A DNA stretch of 64,000 nt from the human T2T-CHM13v2.0 reference genome, Homo sapiens (GCF_009914755.1 NC_060932.1), one strand, 5' to 3'. Positions 18,074 to 33,742 are shown, numbered from the stretch's first letter. Notes: a model not told the origin generated them from the sequence alone. Translations and numbers: made by a program.

Positions 18074-18766
18074 TGATGATCTGTATATATTTACTATTTT
18101 ATTTGGATCTCTATTGAAGATTTATTTATTTTTTTTCATGAGGCTGCTATTCTAGGTACCTTAAGAAAACCTAAAAGTGACCAAATTTGGTGAAACTATT
18201 GAATGATCTAGATCCAGGTTTAAGGGATCTCGTAGTCAATTATTAGTAGAAGCTTTTCATAAGGACCAGGAGCATAAGAAGAGAAAGGAGACAGGTGAGA
18301 AAGGATAACATTACAGTCTATGCTTTGAGTGTTGAAAAGTAAAGATAAGGTAAGATAAGCAATGATGTAGGCTGAGATGGTTTCATAGGCCATTATGTTT
18401 GCTATAGATACTGGGTTATAGTTGAGTGCCAAGTTCTAAAAAATTGAAAACAGAAAGAACCTACAAGATAGTGATTTTCAATTTTTTAAGTTGACAAAGC
18501 AGCCATAACTCTTGGTACTCTGACATTCTACTCCAAAATAGTTACAGATTTATGACATTATATGGCAAGGAATAATTTTACCATCAGTAACTGGAACTGT
18601 ATTTGATGTATGAGGGTTTCTGAATTTCAGAAAGAATAGTGGATAAAATTTACAATAAAATATATACATTAGGAGGATAGACATCTATCCTAGTTACTTA
18701 CTTACCTAATTTAATTTAAGGGAGGAGCCTTGCTGGTTGAGTAATAATTTAAAATTTAATAATTTC

Positions 18767-19063
<297 letters not shown>

Positions 19064-19233
19064 ATTAATAATTTCATGTCACATTATTTTTACATTTGCT
19101 AGAAGAAAAGAAAAAGCAGGCACCCAAATCTTAACAGTTCTAGAAAAATTTAACTTCGAGAAACTCCATTCATTAAATTAAATTCATTGGTTTTGAATAA
19201 GGAAAGAAAAGCTGAGATAGAAAAGGGGCTTTT

Positions 19234-19530
19234 TGCCTGGGCGTAGAGGCTCATGCCTGTAATCCCAACACTTTGGGAGGCTGAGGCAGGAGGACTGCTT
19301 TCCTCCAGGAATTTTAAGACCAGCCTGGGCAACATGGCAAAAGCTTGTCTCTACAAGAAAATTAAAAATTAGTCTGGCGTGGTGGTGCATGCCTGTAGTT
19401 CTGGATGCTCAGGAGGCTGAGGTGGGAGGATCACTTGAGTCCTGGTTGAGGCTGCTGTACGCCAAGATCACACCACTGCAGTCAGCCTGGGTGACAGAGT
19501 GAGACCCTGTCTCAAAATTAAATTAAATTT
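19234..19530 (+). mobile_element. AluJ
   Basis: Diverged dimer ending gagtgagaccctgtctc. Confidence 0.9.
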
Positions 19531-20106
19531 TAAAAGTCTTTTAAATTTTTATGCATTCTTTAGATATGCCCAGTAACTCTTCTGTGTATTTAGGATCTAC
19601 CTTTTTCTAGGAGTAAAATATTGAAGTAGAAATAAACTGCCTCTATGATTTCTTCTTTTTTTTTCGTATTTTGAGGTGTTTATTTACACATAAACACAAT
19701 GATCAAGTAAATATTTTAAACCCAAAAATTTTCATTATTTCTTCTCCTCTGCCCAGGAATGGCATAGATCACAGGAGTACAAAGACTGGAGAGGGAAAAC
19801 AGACAAAACTAAATATGGCATTTGTATCAGTAAAAAGCGAAGCTTTGATCTCCAGAATACAGTAAAAGCAATTAGATGCAGACCTTTTTGGCATGCCTGG
19901 TGTTTCCTCACTTTTGGGCCCAGGACACCATTGCCACTTTTTTGTAAGGCGAGGAATTACATTTTTGAGAATCCACTTCTCTGTGAGGTTCTGAGTCAGT
20001 TTGCCAATGTGAAAAATTTGCCGGAGAGTCGGAAGATGGAAATGAAGAGGAAGCAATTAGTCTTTTTAGAGGTGTTTGCAGCTTGATGCTTGGAAAAATC
20101 AGACAT

Positions 20107-20562
20107 TCATAGTGGCTTTCCAGCAATTTTTTTTTTAATTTTACTTTAAGTTCCAGGATACATGTGCAGAATGTGCAGGTTTGTTATATAGGTATACCTG
20201 TGCCATGGTGGTTTGCTGCACCTACTGACTCATCCTCTAAGTTCCCTCCTCTCACCCTCCACCCCTCAGCAGGCCCTGGTGTGTGTTGTTCCCCTCCCTG
20301 TGTCTATGTGTTCTCATTGTTCAACTCTCTCTTATGAGTGAGAACATATGGTGTTTGGTTTTCTGTTCCTGTGTTAGTTTGCTGAGGATGATGGCTTCCA
20401 GCTTCATCCATGTCCCTGCAAAGGACATGATCTCATTCCTTTTTATGGCTGCATAGTATTCCGTGGTGTATATGTACCACATTTTACTTATCCAGTTTAT
20501 TGCTGATGGGCATTTGGCTTGGTTCTATGACTTTGCTATTGTAAATAGTGCTGCAATAAACA
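20107..20562 (-). mobile_element. L1PA8-like 3' end
   Basis: tttaagttccaggatacatgtgcag...catcctctaagttccctcc...gctgcaataaaca. Confidence 0.9.
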
Positions 20563-21224
20563 AACTTTATTCTAGGTATGTCGATAAAAATCACTCCCAT
20601 GTTCTTAGTACTGGGAAACCCTATTGATGCTTTAGCAAATTAATCAGGACTCTTTTAGTAGTAAGAGACAGAAAACCAATTCAATTCATTTTGGGAGAAT
20701 GAATCATAACTTATCGATACACGTGGCTAGGAAGGATACAAAGGTAAGTCATAAAATCCAGGAAGAACTGAACTGGAGTTAAGACTCAATGCCACCAGGA
20801 CTCTGTTCATCTCTCTACTTGTCTTTGCTTAATTGATTGATTAATTTTTAATTTTTCTTTTCACAAATAAAGCCTCCATTCTGGTTTGTTCTATAGCAAA
20901 GCAAATGGTGCATTAGGAGTGGAGAAAAGGGGCCAGAGGTTAAGTTTCCCCTTCTCTCCTCCCATTCACCAAGGTGCATAACTTCTTCAGTACAAACAGT
21001 CTAGGTGTCAAGGATTAATCTTCTAAGTCTGAAGAGTTACAGCAGTTATCTAACCAGATGACTTAGGTGAAGGGGACCAGCATGGCAGGACGAAACCTCC
21101 ATCACATTTCCCAATTTTCATGAGGTTACTCTGAAGAGTTGAGAAAAAAGTCTCCATCTCTAGCGGACCTACACAGATTGGCAATCTCAAAGACCCATTG
21201 AAAGTTTTGCTTTGCAACTTTTAG

Positions 21225-22800
21225 GTAAAAATGGATGATTAAACTTATACACATCCAATTTTAGTCCCCCCACAAATCCCCCCTAAAAAAAACCTACCAT
21301 AAAAGCGGATTTTTTTTTTCAAGAAATGAACCAAAAAAGATGGGAAATTAGAAGAGGAAAAAAATAGCAGAATATTTTGGGACCTGGTAAGCAAATGAAA
21401 AGTGGTACTGATTTGGCATATCTGAGAGAGCTACATCTCAAGCTTACAGTGGAAACAGTAAGGAATAAATTTAGTTTATTTCACAGAATCCCTTAAAATG
21501 TTGGGAATGGGTGACACACAGTGCTCTTGGAAGGAGGGATAAAGAGAATAGCTAAATTAAAGAGGACTAGTAAAAAACTATTTAAAAAGCAATTAGATCT
21601 TCAGATCGACCCATCCTGTCTATACAGCTAGCACCTTACTGAAAACAAGATGTTGAGCTGTCTAGTTCTTTTTGTCCACTTGGTTCTGAGAATCCTGGAA
21701 GCCAGGCCTTTATCATCCAGGAGGGACACTGGAGGAGTCTCCTCAGGGGAAAATAGTTATCCTCAAAGAATATATATAAAGATTATGAAATTGGGAGCTC
21801 ATCAACAAAATATCCTAGGCAAATTATCTACTGTGAAGGTTGTGGTTGATAAGCACTGCTCATGCTCAGTTCTTCCAATAAGTGCTTTGGTTCTCTAACC
21901 TTAAAAATGGGCAGATAATTAGGGTTACTGGACAGTTGAGGAAAGACTTTAACATGGAATATAAAGGAAAAAGGAAAAAGCAACACACTGGAGAAAACAG
22001 AGGCTATGCAATGAGAAGAACACTTGACAATCATTAATATCCTCAGGGAATGTGGTGATAGTACAAACCTGAGACAAGCAAGAGCTCTTAGGAATTAAAA
22101 ATATGAAAATAGACTTTAAAAAGTAATAGACAGATTGGAAGATAGAGTTGAGGAAATCTTCCAGAAAGTGGAGCAAAAATCCTAGAGAGTAGAGCAAAAA
22201 GATAAAAGAGTTGGCAGGAAGAGAAAAAGTGTGAACATTAGATCCAGAGTCCAGGAGATCAAAAACAATTATGATGTGCCAGTCAGGCTTTACATACACC
22301 AAATCATTTAATTCTCAAGAAAGCCTATGATGTAGGTACTTTTATTATTTCTTTTAACCAAGTGGAAAAACTGAATCACAAAAATATTAAAAGTCTCACC
22401 GTTTCTAAGGAGAAAATCTAGGTTTCAGGCCCAGGCAATCTGACCCCAAAGCGCAGGGATTTCACCACTTAACTTTTCTGCAGTTCAAGAAGAGAGAGAT
22501 AGAGATGGAAATAGTGAGAGAGAGAGACAGAGAGAGAGAGAGAAAGAGAGAGGAAGAAAACTTGGTTTCCTGGATAAAAAAGACATTTTCAGACACACTA
22601 GGTCTCAAAAAAATTGTCTCCTATGTATCTCTGTTAGAAAGTGGTTAGAGGAAAGCTCCACAAAATCAAAGGAAGAAGACTTGGGAAGAGAAGAAAGGCA
22701 AAGAAAATCAGTCCCCAGGGTATAAGCAGTTCAGATGAGAGTAGGTCAGAATGCTCTAAGAATGGTTTTTCCAAGAGATGGAATTAAAAGACTACCTGAT
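21225..22800 (+). mobile_element. Old L1/HAL1-like 5' and ORF1 region, with an internal MIR (about 22273-22480, minus strand)
   Basis: A-rich; gagctcttaggaattaaaaatatg, gttgaggaaatcttccagaaag, aagacattttcagac..ggtctcaaaaaaatt. Confidence 0.6.
22489..22555 (+). repeat. (GA)n-rich simple repeat
   Basis: agagagagat...gagagagagagagaaagagagagg. Confidence 0.85.
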
Positions 22801-22810
22801 ATGTCTAAAC

Positions 22811-24063
<1,253 letters not shown>

Positions 24064-25255
24064 CAATGTATCTAAACTTTTAAGGGGAGATTCAAGCAAG
24101 TGGCAGAGAGGTGAAGGACTGAATTGGAATTCATGGTAAGTATACCAAAAAAATTAAAATAAAGAAAAAATAAGGCAATTATTAACTCCAGGGATAGGGT
24201 AAAAAAATAAAAGTAAAGAAAGCAGAGTTATTTCAATGGTACAAGTTAGAAGAGCCTTTAAAAAGTCCTGATATGAACACCGAACAATGATCTAAATAAA
24301 ATCATGCCTTAACAGTAGTGGAAGGATAAGGGATGGGAAACAAATTTATGTATGATAGCATAGGGAGAGGAAAGAGACCCACATGCTAAGTTCCAGTAGG
24401 AAGCTGGTAGATGATGCCTACTACTGAAAAAAGTAAAGTAGCATCACAACCATGTGTTTTTAGAAATCTGAAAGTAAAAAAAATTTTCTAACAGTATTAT
24501 TTTTCATAATAGTTTCTGTGATTTTTGTAGAACAATTTAGCTCATTACGTATATGAACACCTGATAAAAATAAGAACAAAAAGATTTTCTTTTATTAACA
24601 TTTTCTTATCACTAAGATTATTTGGAGTGTAAAGTCCTCTTATGCTGAGCTCAGTTAAAACCATTTACATATAGTAATTCGTAATTAGAACCCATACTAT
24701 TATAATATATAAATGTCTTTTAATTTTATATCTCATAAAATCTCTTAAAAATCCCCTTATAACCATCTCATCCTTAATGTATTCTGTATTCTTATGAGCT
24801 AGGCATTATTTTCCATTTAAAACAAAGTTTCAGAGAATTAGAAAAATGTTTAAAATTGCCCAAGATCTCTTAGAAATTTTGAGAGAGTAACAAGATCAGA
24901 ACATTCCAAATTCTTTGTCTTTATGCCACAAAATCATGTTGAATTTTCCCAAATATTTAAAAAATAATAAAACCCCAAATAATTTGAGAATGCCAAAAAG
25001 AAAAAAAAGAAGCAACAACGTTGGGACTATTGTAAACTAATTGTTCATATTTGACAAGGACTCATGAATTCCTGTTAGATATAAAAGTAGAGAAGTAAAT
25101 TTCTTCCAAAGCTATGACAATCATAATTGACTAAAGACTATTATAAATAAATTTAAAAAGCAGAATGAGCAATAAGATCAAGTATATAATCAGTGGATAA
25201 ATATGGTGAAGGCTAATTACAGTATTCCTGTGAAATCAATGAAGGGGAGAGAGCT

Positions 25256-25257
<2 letters not shown>

Positions 25258-25308
<51 letters not shown>

Positions 25309-25322
25309 AAACACACACATAC
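25258..25322 (+). repeat. (AC)n microsatellite, about 25 units
   Basis: Uninterrupted acacac run 25258-25307 plus a short extension. Confidence 0.97.
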
Positions 25323-25489
25323 AACTTTATTCCAATTATTTTCTATCAGTGGAGCTCATTATTTCTGGTTTTGATTGGCTCTCGGTTTACTTCTTTTAGA
25401 TCAGAATATTATTTAAATCTAGTTTATATGAAATTCTTTCTCTTTAACAAAATATTAAAAGAACGGAAACAAGTGAGCACATATTAAGT

Positions 25490-25595
25490 TGGCCTCAGAT
25501 TTCTCATCTATAGAACTAGGATAACAGAACCCATGTAACGGAGTTGTGAAGGTTAAATAAAACAATGCACGGAAGCACCTGGCATAGTGCTTCAA
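25490..25595 (+). mobile_element. MIR fragment
   Basis: gcctcagatttctcatctata...gttgtgaaggttaaataa...cctggcatagt. Confidence 0.7.
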
Positions 25596-27867
25596 GAGAT
25601 TTTAAAGACAAACTCTAATACCAATGCATTTGCTTAGGTCTCTGTCCTGTTCTCCCATTTAGGAAAATATCTTAATGGACATATCAAGATTTTTAAGTTA
25701 TGCAGGGTCCCGGTGCATAGTCTGGAAAGAGAAAATTGAGCTGGGGAAAATTGAAAAGTTGCTTTGTATAATATATTATGGGAACTTTCAATTGGTTGGG
25801 CATGGGGGCACAGACTGGGGGTTTAGAGGTCTTGGACAGGGAGGAGAGGAATGTAATAGAAGAGAAAACACAGTGAGAAATACCCAAAGATGGAAAGACA
25901 GCTCAGTTTAAAACAATCTTCTAGTGATTAATTTTACTTTTTTTGCATCTATGCTGGGCATATTTCCCTCCCCAAATGTTTTGTTTAATAAAAAGTTGGC
26001 TACTCACCCAACAGTCTTTTGTTAGTGGAGCTTTGGGAAATTAACAGGGGGTTAAGGATACAGACAAAGAAAGGTCACAGAGGCAAGGCAGTAAATAGGG
26101 ATTGGGACTGGGAATGAAAGATGACTGGATCCTGAAGCCTCTCCCAGGCCCCCACCATCCTAAGGAATACCTGGGAAATTGTGGAGGGCTCTAAATTTCC
26201 CAGTGTATACAGAACAAGGAGCTAAACATATCTGTTTGCTTACCATACAAGGCTGGCAAATTTGGGCTTCTCAAGATTAACATCATTAGTGTTTCTTTCC
26301 TTTAGCTAAAATAATTAAAAGCACGAATAGTTAGAACAGATGATAGCTAGCCATAAGTGCTTCTCTAAACAATGACACATAATGAGTAAGTTTTCGTGGC
26401 ATAGAGGTAAGAAATTTAAACGTTTAGAATGTTTAATGTTTTATAAAACTTTTCACAAGCATTAGCTCATGTAATTGTCACAAAATCTCTGAGGCTATGG
26501 AATGCCTTTTTATTTTTAATAAGAGAAGCAGACTTGGATATACTAAGAAATTTGCCCAAAGGATCATAGTGAGAATAGGCTTTCTGCTGTACTACAAACA
26601 AACACAAACTTTAGTGGGGTGGAGACAGGACAAATCTGACCTAATTTAAATTTTGCCCATACTCTTTCTGAATAGACAAATCAACTTAAAAACTTTCTAC
26701 ATTCCTAGTATTATTGCACCTGTCATTTCAAGACATTAATGAGTGTGATTTGGGTAATCCAAACCCAGAATATTTTTAAAATTTGCCAAAAATTAATGTG
26801 CATCCTAAAAGAGGTTACCCTCCAGCAGGATTGTTTTATCAATATTTTTATGAGGAGACATTTTACATTCCCTTCCATCTCCATTCTTTCTTTTTCCATT
26901 ATAGTTTAATAAGAAAGCTAATTATTTTAATAATAAGCCCAGTTCTATAAAGAGGAAATCTTTAAGCCAAAGTGAAATAAAAGCTAGTCTGCAAATATAT
27001 CATCTTATTATCAAAGTACTGATGGAAATATGGGGTCTAAACACAAATAAGGCAGAAATTTAATGCCATTTAAAAGCAAATACTCCGGGGAAGGCCAAAA
27101 GAAATTGGACTTAGGAACTGAACCATTAGAGAACCATTACAGAGATAAGAGACAATTACAGTTTATGTTATATGTTCATGACAGAGATATATTGGCTTGT
27201 GCATTCAAAAGTCTATGCATGAATAACTGCCTATTATGTGGCTCTGTATCATGTGTTTAATATTTGGTTTTCTTATAATGACCCATTGGAAGCACATAGG
27301 AAATCAGTTTGGGTACCATATTTCTATCTCCCAAGTATACAGTTCCTCCCCCACTGCCCCCACAATTGGCAGTGATTGCTGTTTACATGGTTGGTGTTGA
27401 AAAAGCCAACTTTTCCTGGCTTTCTGGTTTCTATTCATAAACAAAATGAAAACCTATTGATTAAACACTGGTGGAGGCAGTTTGTCAGCCTGTTTGTCAG
27501 CCTTCCCTTGAAATTGTATTTAAAATAATATGATATGAGTTTATGTTAAATCGATAGCTATTTTGCTTACGAGTTGAATGTGTAAAGGTTCTCTGTACTT
27601 GTGCTTTGCGAAGATTCAGTGCTACTGAATACAAGGCACTCTTCTACCAAATATATCATGCCAAAAAGTTATGTAACAATGGAGCCCCCAAATCTGGGCG
27701 ATCACAGCAGCATGTTAGCAATAATGCTAACCTTTCTATATACCTTGGCATCATTGTTGATAAATGAAGATAATGATAGTGTATACCTCATGATGACTCA
27801 GTCAACATTTGCTATTTATTATTTCTGGTTTCTTTTTAGCATAATTTTTTCATGCTGAATGTATTTA

Positions 27868-28345
27868 CTAAGATGTTTTTAGCTGCAAGTGACAGGCCAA
27901 GTTGGAGTGATCCAAACACACAGAAGTTTGTTTTCTCACTTAACAAGAAATCTGGAGATAGGCAGCTCCCTCAGAGGCTCAATGATGTCAAAGTGCTTGT
28001 TAGTAAATGTTTCTGGAATTCTTTTGGTTCCTGTGCTCCCCAGTCCTATCCATGATCACAAGATGGCTACAGCATTACTTGAGAGTATTCAGAGTGGAAA
28101 GGAAGAGGGCAGGCAGAAAAAAGATTTTCTTTCCCCAAGGAGTAGAGTATCTCCTTAGGTCTCATTTTTCCTGGACTGGGTTGCATGCTAACCTGTAGGC
28201 CAATAAAGAATAAGATTCCTATGACTAGTGGAGATTAGTAAGAATTTATTCCCTGGGCCTGGGGTTGGGAGATTAATACCCAAACAAAATTGTGGTGGTG
28301 TTTGCAAGGCAGAAGAGTAGAATGGCATTGGCAAGGCAAACAACA
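27868..28345 (-). mobile_element. Old MaLR LTR (MLT1K/L-like)
   Basis: gctgcaagtgacag, ctcacttaacaagaaatctggagatagg, catgatcacaagatggct. Confidence 0.65.
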
Positions 28346-30224
28346 GGGTGGCTGACTGTTTTCCTTCTAAGGCTCCTTGTGATCAAGCTTGATTAACACC
28401 GTAGAGCTGAATTATTACTGGCCTATTAGTTTTTGTTATTTCAATATGTAGTAAAAAGGAAGTCAGGATTCATTATTTGTTTTTGGCTTCTAAACAACAA
28501 AATAAATAACAAGTCTATGAAGTTATATAAGCAAATTTAATGTGTGTAAGTAGGCCCTCTTTGCAGGGTGGGGGTGGTTTGTTCATTTTTCCTGATTTAT
28601 CCAGATAAATGTTTTCATTCCTAACTATATTCTATATATTTATCCATGGCCTCTTAACATAAATACAGATTTGTTTTTTTTTTAAATAGATTGAACAATA
28701 ATTCCTGTCTAGAATGAATTACATATGTAATATTATGCAAGATATCTTCCAAGTCTCTTATATTTGAAGTTCTGCATACAGCTGATCGCCAAGAGAATTA
28801 CTTGGCAGTCAATATTAAATGGATAAAAATGTAAGTGGAAATTATATGTAAAACAACTGAACAGAAAACCATATGCATTTGGAAACAATGCAATTATTTG
28901 ATTTGAGAACTTGGTTATTTAGTTTAAACATTCAAGGAATTTGATTACTTTACATTGTGAATAATAGCTAAATATGAAAATGCCATTCACAGTGTAAATA
29001 TCATTTCTTAGATTTGTCTTCAGGTTTTGTATTTATTTCATTTTTATTTTGTCTTCTACGAGGCAAGATTTTGACATCAGTACCATTCTTTCTCCTTTAC
29101 CCACTGCTGCTTTTGGTATAATGCACACCAGAAGGCTCCCCCATACCAATCATTTCTAAGGTATCATAGTAGCTGGGAGTTATACAAGTATTCATGAGAA
29201 CACCTGATCATTCGCTCATTTTATCCCCTTTTGGCTGTTCAAGCCCCATTTCGGTAATAATATATTATGATATTTTATAAATTGTACATAACAATATATT
29301 ATGTCTAAAGACACAAGAATATTCTGATAAAGAACTGAAAAATATTTGAGATGTGTCAATCAACATAGAAATAGAATCAAGTTCCTTTAAAAAAGACTAA
29401 ATTTTTGGTCTGAAAGCTGGTAAACTAAGAATGCTTTATTCCTATAAAAGGTTTCACAAATGATTTCTAACATACTGTAAATATTTTTTTCAGCACTTTT
29501 AAGGAGGTTTTAATAACTGCCTGCAGTTTGTGTTCAAAGAAACTTTGATGAACTGAGTGTCCTATATGAAGGGGCTATGTAAGTCATTCACATGAAATGA
29601 TATTGATAAGAAAATGTATACATTTGACATCCAGGCAATATTTTCTTTTTAGGAGGTTTTCAGGTCCAAAATACCTCTGCTAAAAATTAAACCAAAAGGC
29701 ATGAATAAATAATCTTCAATCCAAGGCTTCATTTCTGATGAGGAGAGAATAGAAAAATACATCATGGCCATCAGCCCTGAGAGGTGTGGTGACTATATTC
29801 TGAGATTGTCGTCTGTGGTCTCCTAGATTTAATTGGCCTCCTGGGGCACATAGAATGTTGTGTGTTTGTCACACTTATAGAGATCTTGGCACAAACTATT
29901 TTCAGCTGTTTGGAAACTTAACATACAATAGAAAGGGCCTGCTGAGTCTGGCATTTGCTGACACAGCCTTGAAGTCAATGGAAAAGTCTGGCTTCTTTTT
30001 TGAGGTTCTCACAGTGATGGATCTGCAGACTGTAAAGTATACAAGAAGCTAAGAATCTCCCTTAGCATAGCCAAAGCTCTTCCCCACAGAGACTCCAGGG
30101 AGTCTGGCTAGTACACTCTTTCTGCAGGGCCCTGGAATATTTTCACCTTCTCCACTTGAATATTAGTCTCCACAAGAAAAGATTTTACAGCATTTTGCCT
30201 AAATTTGCCACACAGAGATTATGC

Positions 30225-30573
30225 AGAGGCGGCAGGCTGGTAACCTGAGGGCTGAATCTAGCGCACAGGCATTTGCCTTTGTTTGTTTGTTTGGATCTTC
30301 ATAGCATTTTGCTTTGCTTTGTTTCATTAATTTGAGTTAACTGCCAGCTTTTAAAATTAGGACATTTCACATTTTAAAAAAAATTCCAGATTACTGATTT
30401 CTCTAGCAACACAAGGTCTGAGTTCCTGCTTGGCAACAGGTAACTAGGGCTGGGTAGCAGCTGCTCTAGTTTGAGGGGATGTGGGTCTCAAGTGCCAGAG
30501 CCCCACTGGAGGGCCTCTTGCCTTTACATTCCCTGTCTGGCTGTACTAGACACTTGAATCAGCAATAAACATG
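30225..30573. mobile_element. hAT-Charlie relic (MER102-like)
   Basis: ttttaaaattaggacatttcacat, gcttggcaaca..ggctgggtagcagctgc. Confidence 0.65.
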
Positions 30574-30864
30574 CCTTTAAAATATAAATAGAATATGCCT
30601 TAAAATAGATTTCAAACATAAGAAGCAATAAAGAATAATATTGTATACAACATAACCACCTCTTAGCTTGCTTAAGTGGTAACATACTTTTTTTTAAAAG
30701 AAGTGAAACATTACATATACATTAACTCTTCCTGTTTATCCTCCCCAAACCTCAATCATCTTTCTCCAACCATACAGATGACTACATTCTGATTTTGGTC
30801 TTTATCATTCCCATGCATGCTTTTTTTCTTACTTCTACTTTTGTCTCCACATAAATGACTTTTT

Positions 30865-31320
30865 TAAAATGTAAATAAGATCACGACTCCTTGTTTAACA
30901 TTCTTCAATGACATTCTGCTGTGCTTTATAACAAAATCAGAGCTCCCTCTAATGCATAATTTCCAGTCTCAGATCTTACCACTCTCAGCTTCCAATGTGG
31001 CTTATCAAAACTGGAGGTTTCACCTCTATTAAGAATCCTCCCTGACCGCTTTATCTAAAATAGTCCTTCCATTCTGTCTTGCCTTCCTATTTCCAATTAC
31101 ACTGTAAAACATCACCCTGTTCATTTTTCACTTGGGTGTGATTCACACATCACACTGTGCAATCATATTGTTTGCTTATTTATTGTCTGTTTCTTCAACT
31201 TGAACATAAACTCGACGAAGGCAGGGTGCTTCTCTGTCTTGATCATGCTAGTACCTCCAACTTAAACTAGTGCCTACCATATGGATGGTGTTAATAAATA
31301 CTTTTTGAGTGAATAGATAA
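30865..31320 (-). mobile_element. L2 3' fragment
   Basis: ccctgaccgctttatctaaaatag...tgcttatttattgtctgt...gaaggcaggg...aataaatact. Confidence 0.7.
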
Positions 31321-31567
31321 AAATAGTTTTTCCTTCTTCTTCCCTGTAATTATCCTATGTGTAGGCTCTGCACTCTCTGATTCTACCTTGACTCCAAGGA
31401 AGAAAATTATTAGATATTGGAAAATCAGTCAAGAATAAAGTTCAAATTTTTCTAGACAGCTATTTAAAATATGTATAATTCCTCCAAAATTTTAGGAATA
31501 TAAGCTAATGCCTTCCCACTGAATGAGCAGCTTTCTAGGTGAGCTAGCCCACAGGTTCTCGTCTAAC

Positions 31568-31926
31568 TATATTAGTCCATTTCTACACTGCTATAAAGAA
31601 ATACCTGAGACTGGGTAATTTATAAACAAAGGATATTTAATTGACTCACAGTTTTGCATGGCTGGGGAGGCATCAGGAAACTTACATGGCAGAAGGTGAA
31701 GGGGAAGCAAGACACGTCTTACATGGTGGCAGGAGAGAGAGAATAAGCAAAGGGCAAACTGCCTCTTTTAAACCATCAGATCTTGTGATAACTCACTCAA
31801 TATCATGAGAACAGCATAGGGGAAACCAACCCCATCATCCAATCACCTTCCCCCAGATCCCTCCTACACGTGGGGATTACAATATAAGATAAAATTTGGG
31901 TGGGGACACAAAGCCGAACCATATTA
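31568..31926 (-). mobile_element. MaLR solo LTR (THE1D/MSTA-like)
   Basis: tattagtccattt...aaaccatcagatcttgtga...tttgggtggggacaca; 5 bp TSD ctaac. Confidence 0.92.
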
Positions 31927-32769
31927 CTAACCAAGTTCTCTAGGGTTAATATACCGTCTTGGCTGTAGAACTATGCTCCTTATGGTGGTGCCATCCCCAT
32001 TCCACAGATCCAGGCCCCTTCTTGGCCATGGATAATTATGGAGGATTAAGCATGGTAGCTGACTCTCAGGACTGTCTTGTCATCCCCTTCTGTTTTAGTG
32101 GCCTTTCCCAAGAACCTCCTTCACCCTCTATAGGCTTTCTCCCACAAATATTCAAGTTTATTTCCGTCCTGGAAGTAACGGTCCTCAAAAAGATAATAGG
32201 TTTAGCATCCTAGCCCTTTGCAACCTAAAACTTCCACACTCTACCTTCAGACCTCAGAAAGTCTAGTCCTTAAGAACATGGTGACATTCACTCATACTCT
32301 GGAGACTTTTCACATTCTGCTCCAAATGCATACTTTTTTCTAGAGTACAAGAGGTCAAAGCAAATTATATTTCTACTATGCCAGCCAGAATGAATGGAGA
32401 AGCACCCAGGATTGGGGGGTGAGGGATGGAAGTGGGAAAACTAACTCTACAACTAGGAATAAAAGGCACTGCCCAAAGGATATGATTAAGTCCACTATGG
32501 TCCAGGAAGCCATTCATTCCTATGCTACAACTCTAGAAAATGGGGCAGGGGTGTGGTTTTAGGAAAAAAATTGATATTTAAAGTTAAGCAAATGTTTATG
32601 TCATATCTGGTCTTGTAAGTGGTATCACATAAATTTTTTGAGAGAATAGGTAAAGAGTTGATGAGCCATCATCTACCATTCACATCCAACCAGTTCAGCC
32701 AGTCAGCCAGGATCCCTTCTCCTGCCATATGTCTCCCATTGTTTGAAGCTCAGCCTTATTTCAGCTTTC

Positions 32770-33255
32770 AAGAAGTCTACAGGTAGGTGAGTCCAAGGTT
32801 ATAATTTCAGGAGCTCAAAAAAATGATCAGAGACCTGTTTTTTTTCTTCTTTTCCCCCAGCATCCTCAACATGTTGGTCTTCATCTTCAGGCTTTTCTGT
32901 CATGGTTGCAAAATGGCTGCCATTGTGCTAAGCATCACATCTTCATAAACCCCTATTAAGCAGTAGAAAAGAAGTGACTCTCTGCCTCTGTCCCATTTTA
33001 AAATTGAGAAAAAATTTTCCAAAAGGCTCCTAGCAAACATACCATTACATCTCACTGGCCAGTACTTCTACTTCTACTTTAAAATATCACTGACAAGAGA
33101 AATGGAGAAATCATGACTGGTTTACACTAATCAACATTCACTCTTCAGGGCTACTGAGGGGCCCATTGGTTATTAGGCTTCCAAACACCTAAACAAAATC
33201 AAACTTGTATTGACAATGAATTGAATCAAAATAAGAATAGCTGTTAAATATAGAC
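32770..33255 (-). mobile_element. Old MaLR LTR (MLT1-type)
   Basis: catggttgcaaaatggctgcc..gcatcacatct; catctcactggccag. Confidence 0.6.
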
Positions 33256-33259
33256 AGCT

Positions 33260-33657
33260 CTTGCAGATGCCACAGGTACCCCAACCATACCTGCTAGGCC
33301 TACTCGGAAAGATTCCTATGGATAGGTCCTGTACGCACTCATGGCTTCCTATGTCACTATGTTTGAGAGTGTTTTCTGCCAACGGGAACTTGCTCTACCT
33401 GGAGGAATCTTCAACCAAAGAAAACAGGAAATAGTGGGTAAATACCTCAGTTTTCCTATTAATGGAACATTTTTGAGGCATCTCCCAGAGGGTCACCAGC
33501 AGGATGGAGCCCCAGTTGCCCACAATGGTTGTCTTTCCATTCATGAACCGTTCATTGACTTTCCTCCCTTCAGCGTCTCAATTCTTCACAGTCCTTCCTA
33601 AGATTACACCCAAATCTTTGTTTTGGGGTCTGCTTTCAGGAGAGCTCAACTAAGTCA
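33260..33657 (+). mobile_element. LTR16-like ERVL solo LTR
   Basis: cccagagggtcaccagcaggatggagccccagttgcccaca...cacccaaatc..ggtctgcttt..aactaagtca. Confidence 0.75.
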
Positions 33658-33742
33658 CCAATCAACGGTGTCTGCCTCCTGTAGCTCTGGCCCTTCTCTT
33701 CTGTGATGTCTTCCCTGATCTTCAATCAAAAGTTACTTATTG

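Noticed and set aside
20563-20641. Possible ~65 bp extra sequence at the L1PA8 5' junction bounded by gctttccagcaatt / gctttagcaaatt
   Set aside because: The TSD match needs gaps and is too weak to support
25203-25487. ORF with a (TH)n repeat
   Set aside because: Translation of an (AC)n microsatellite
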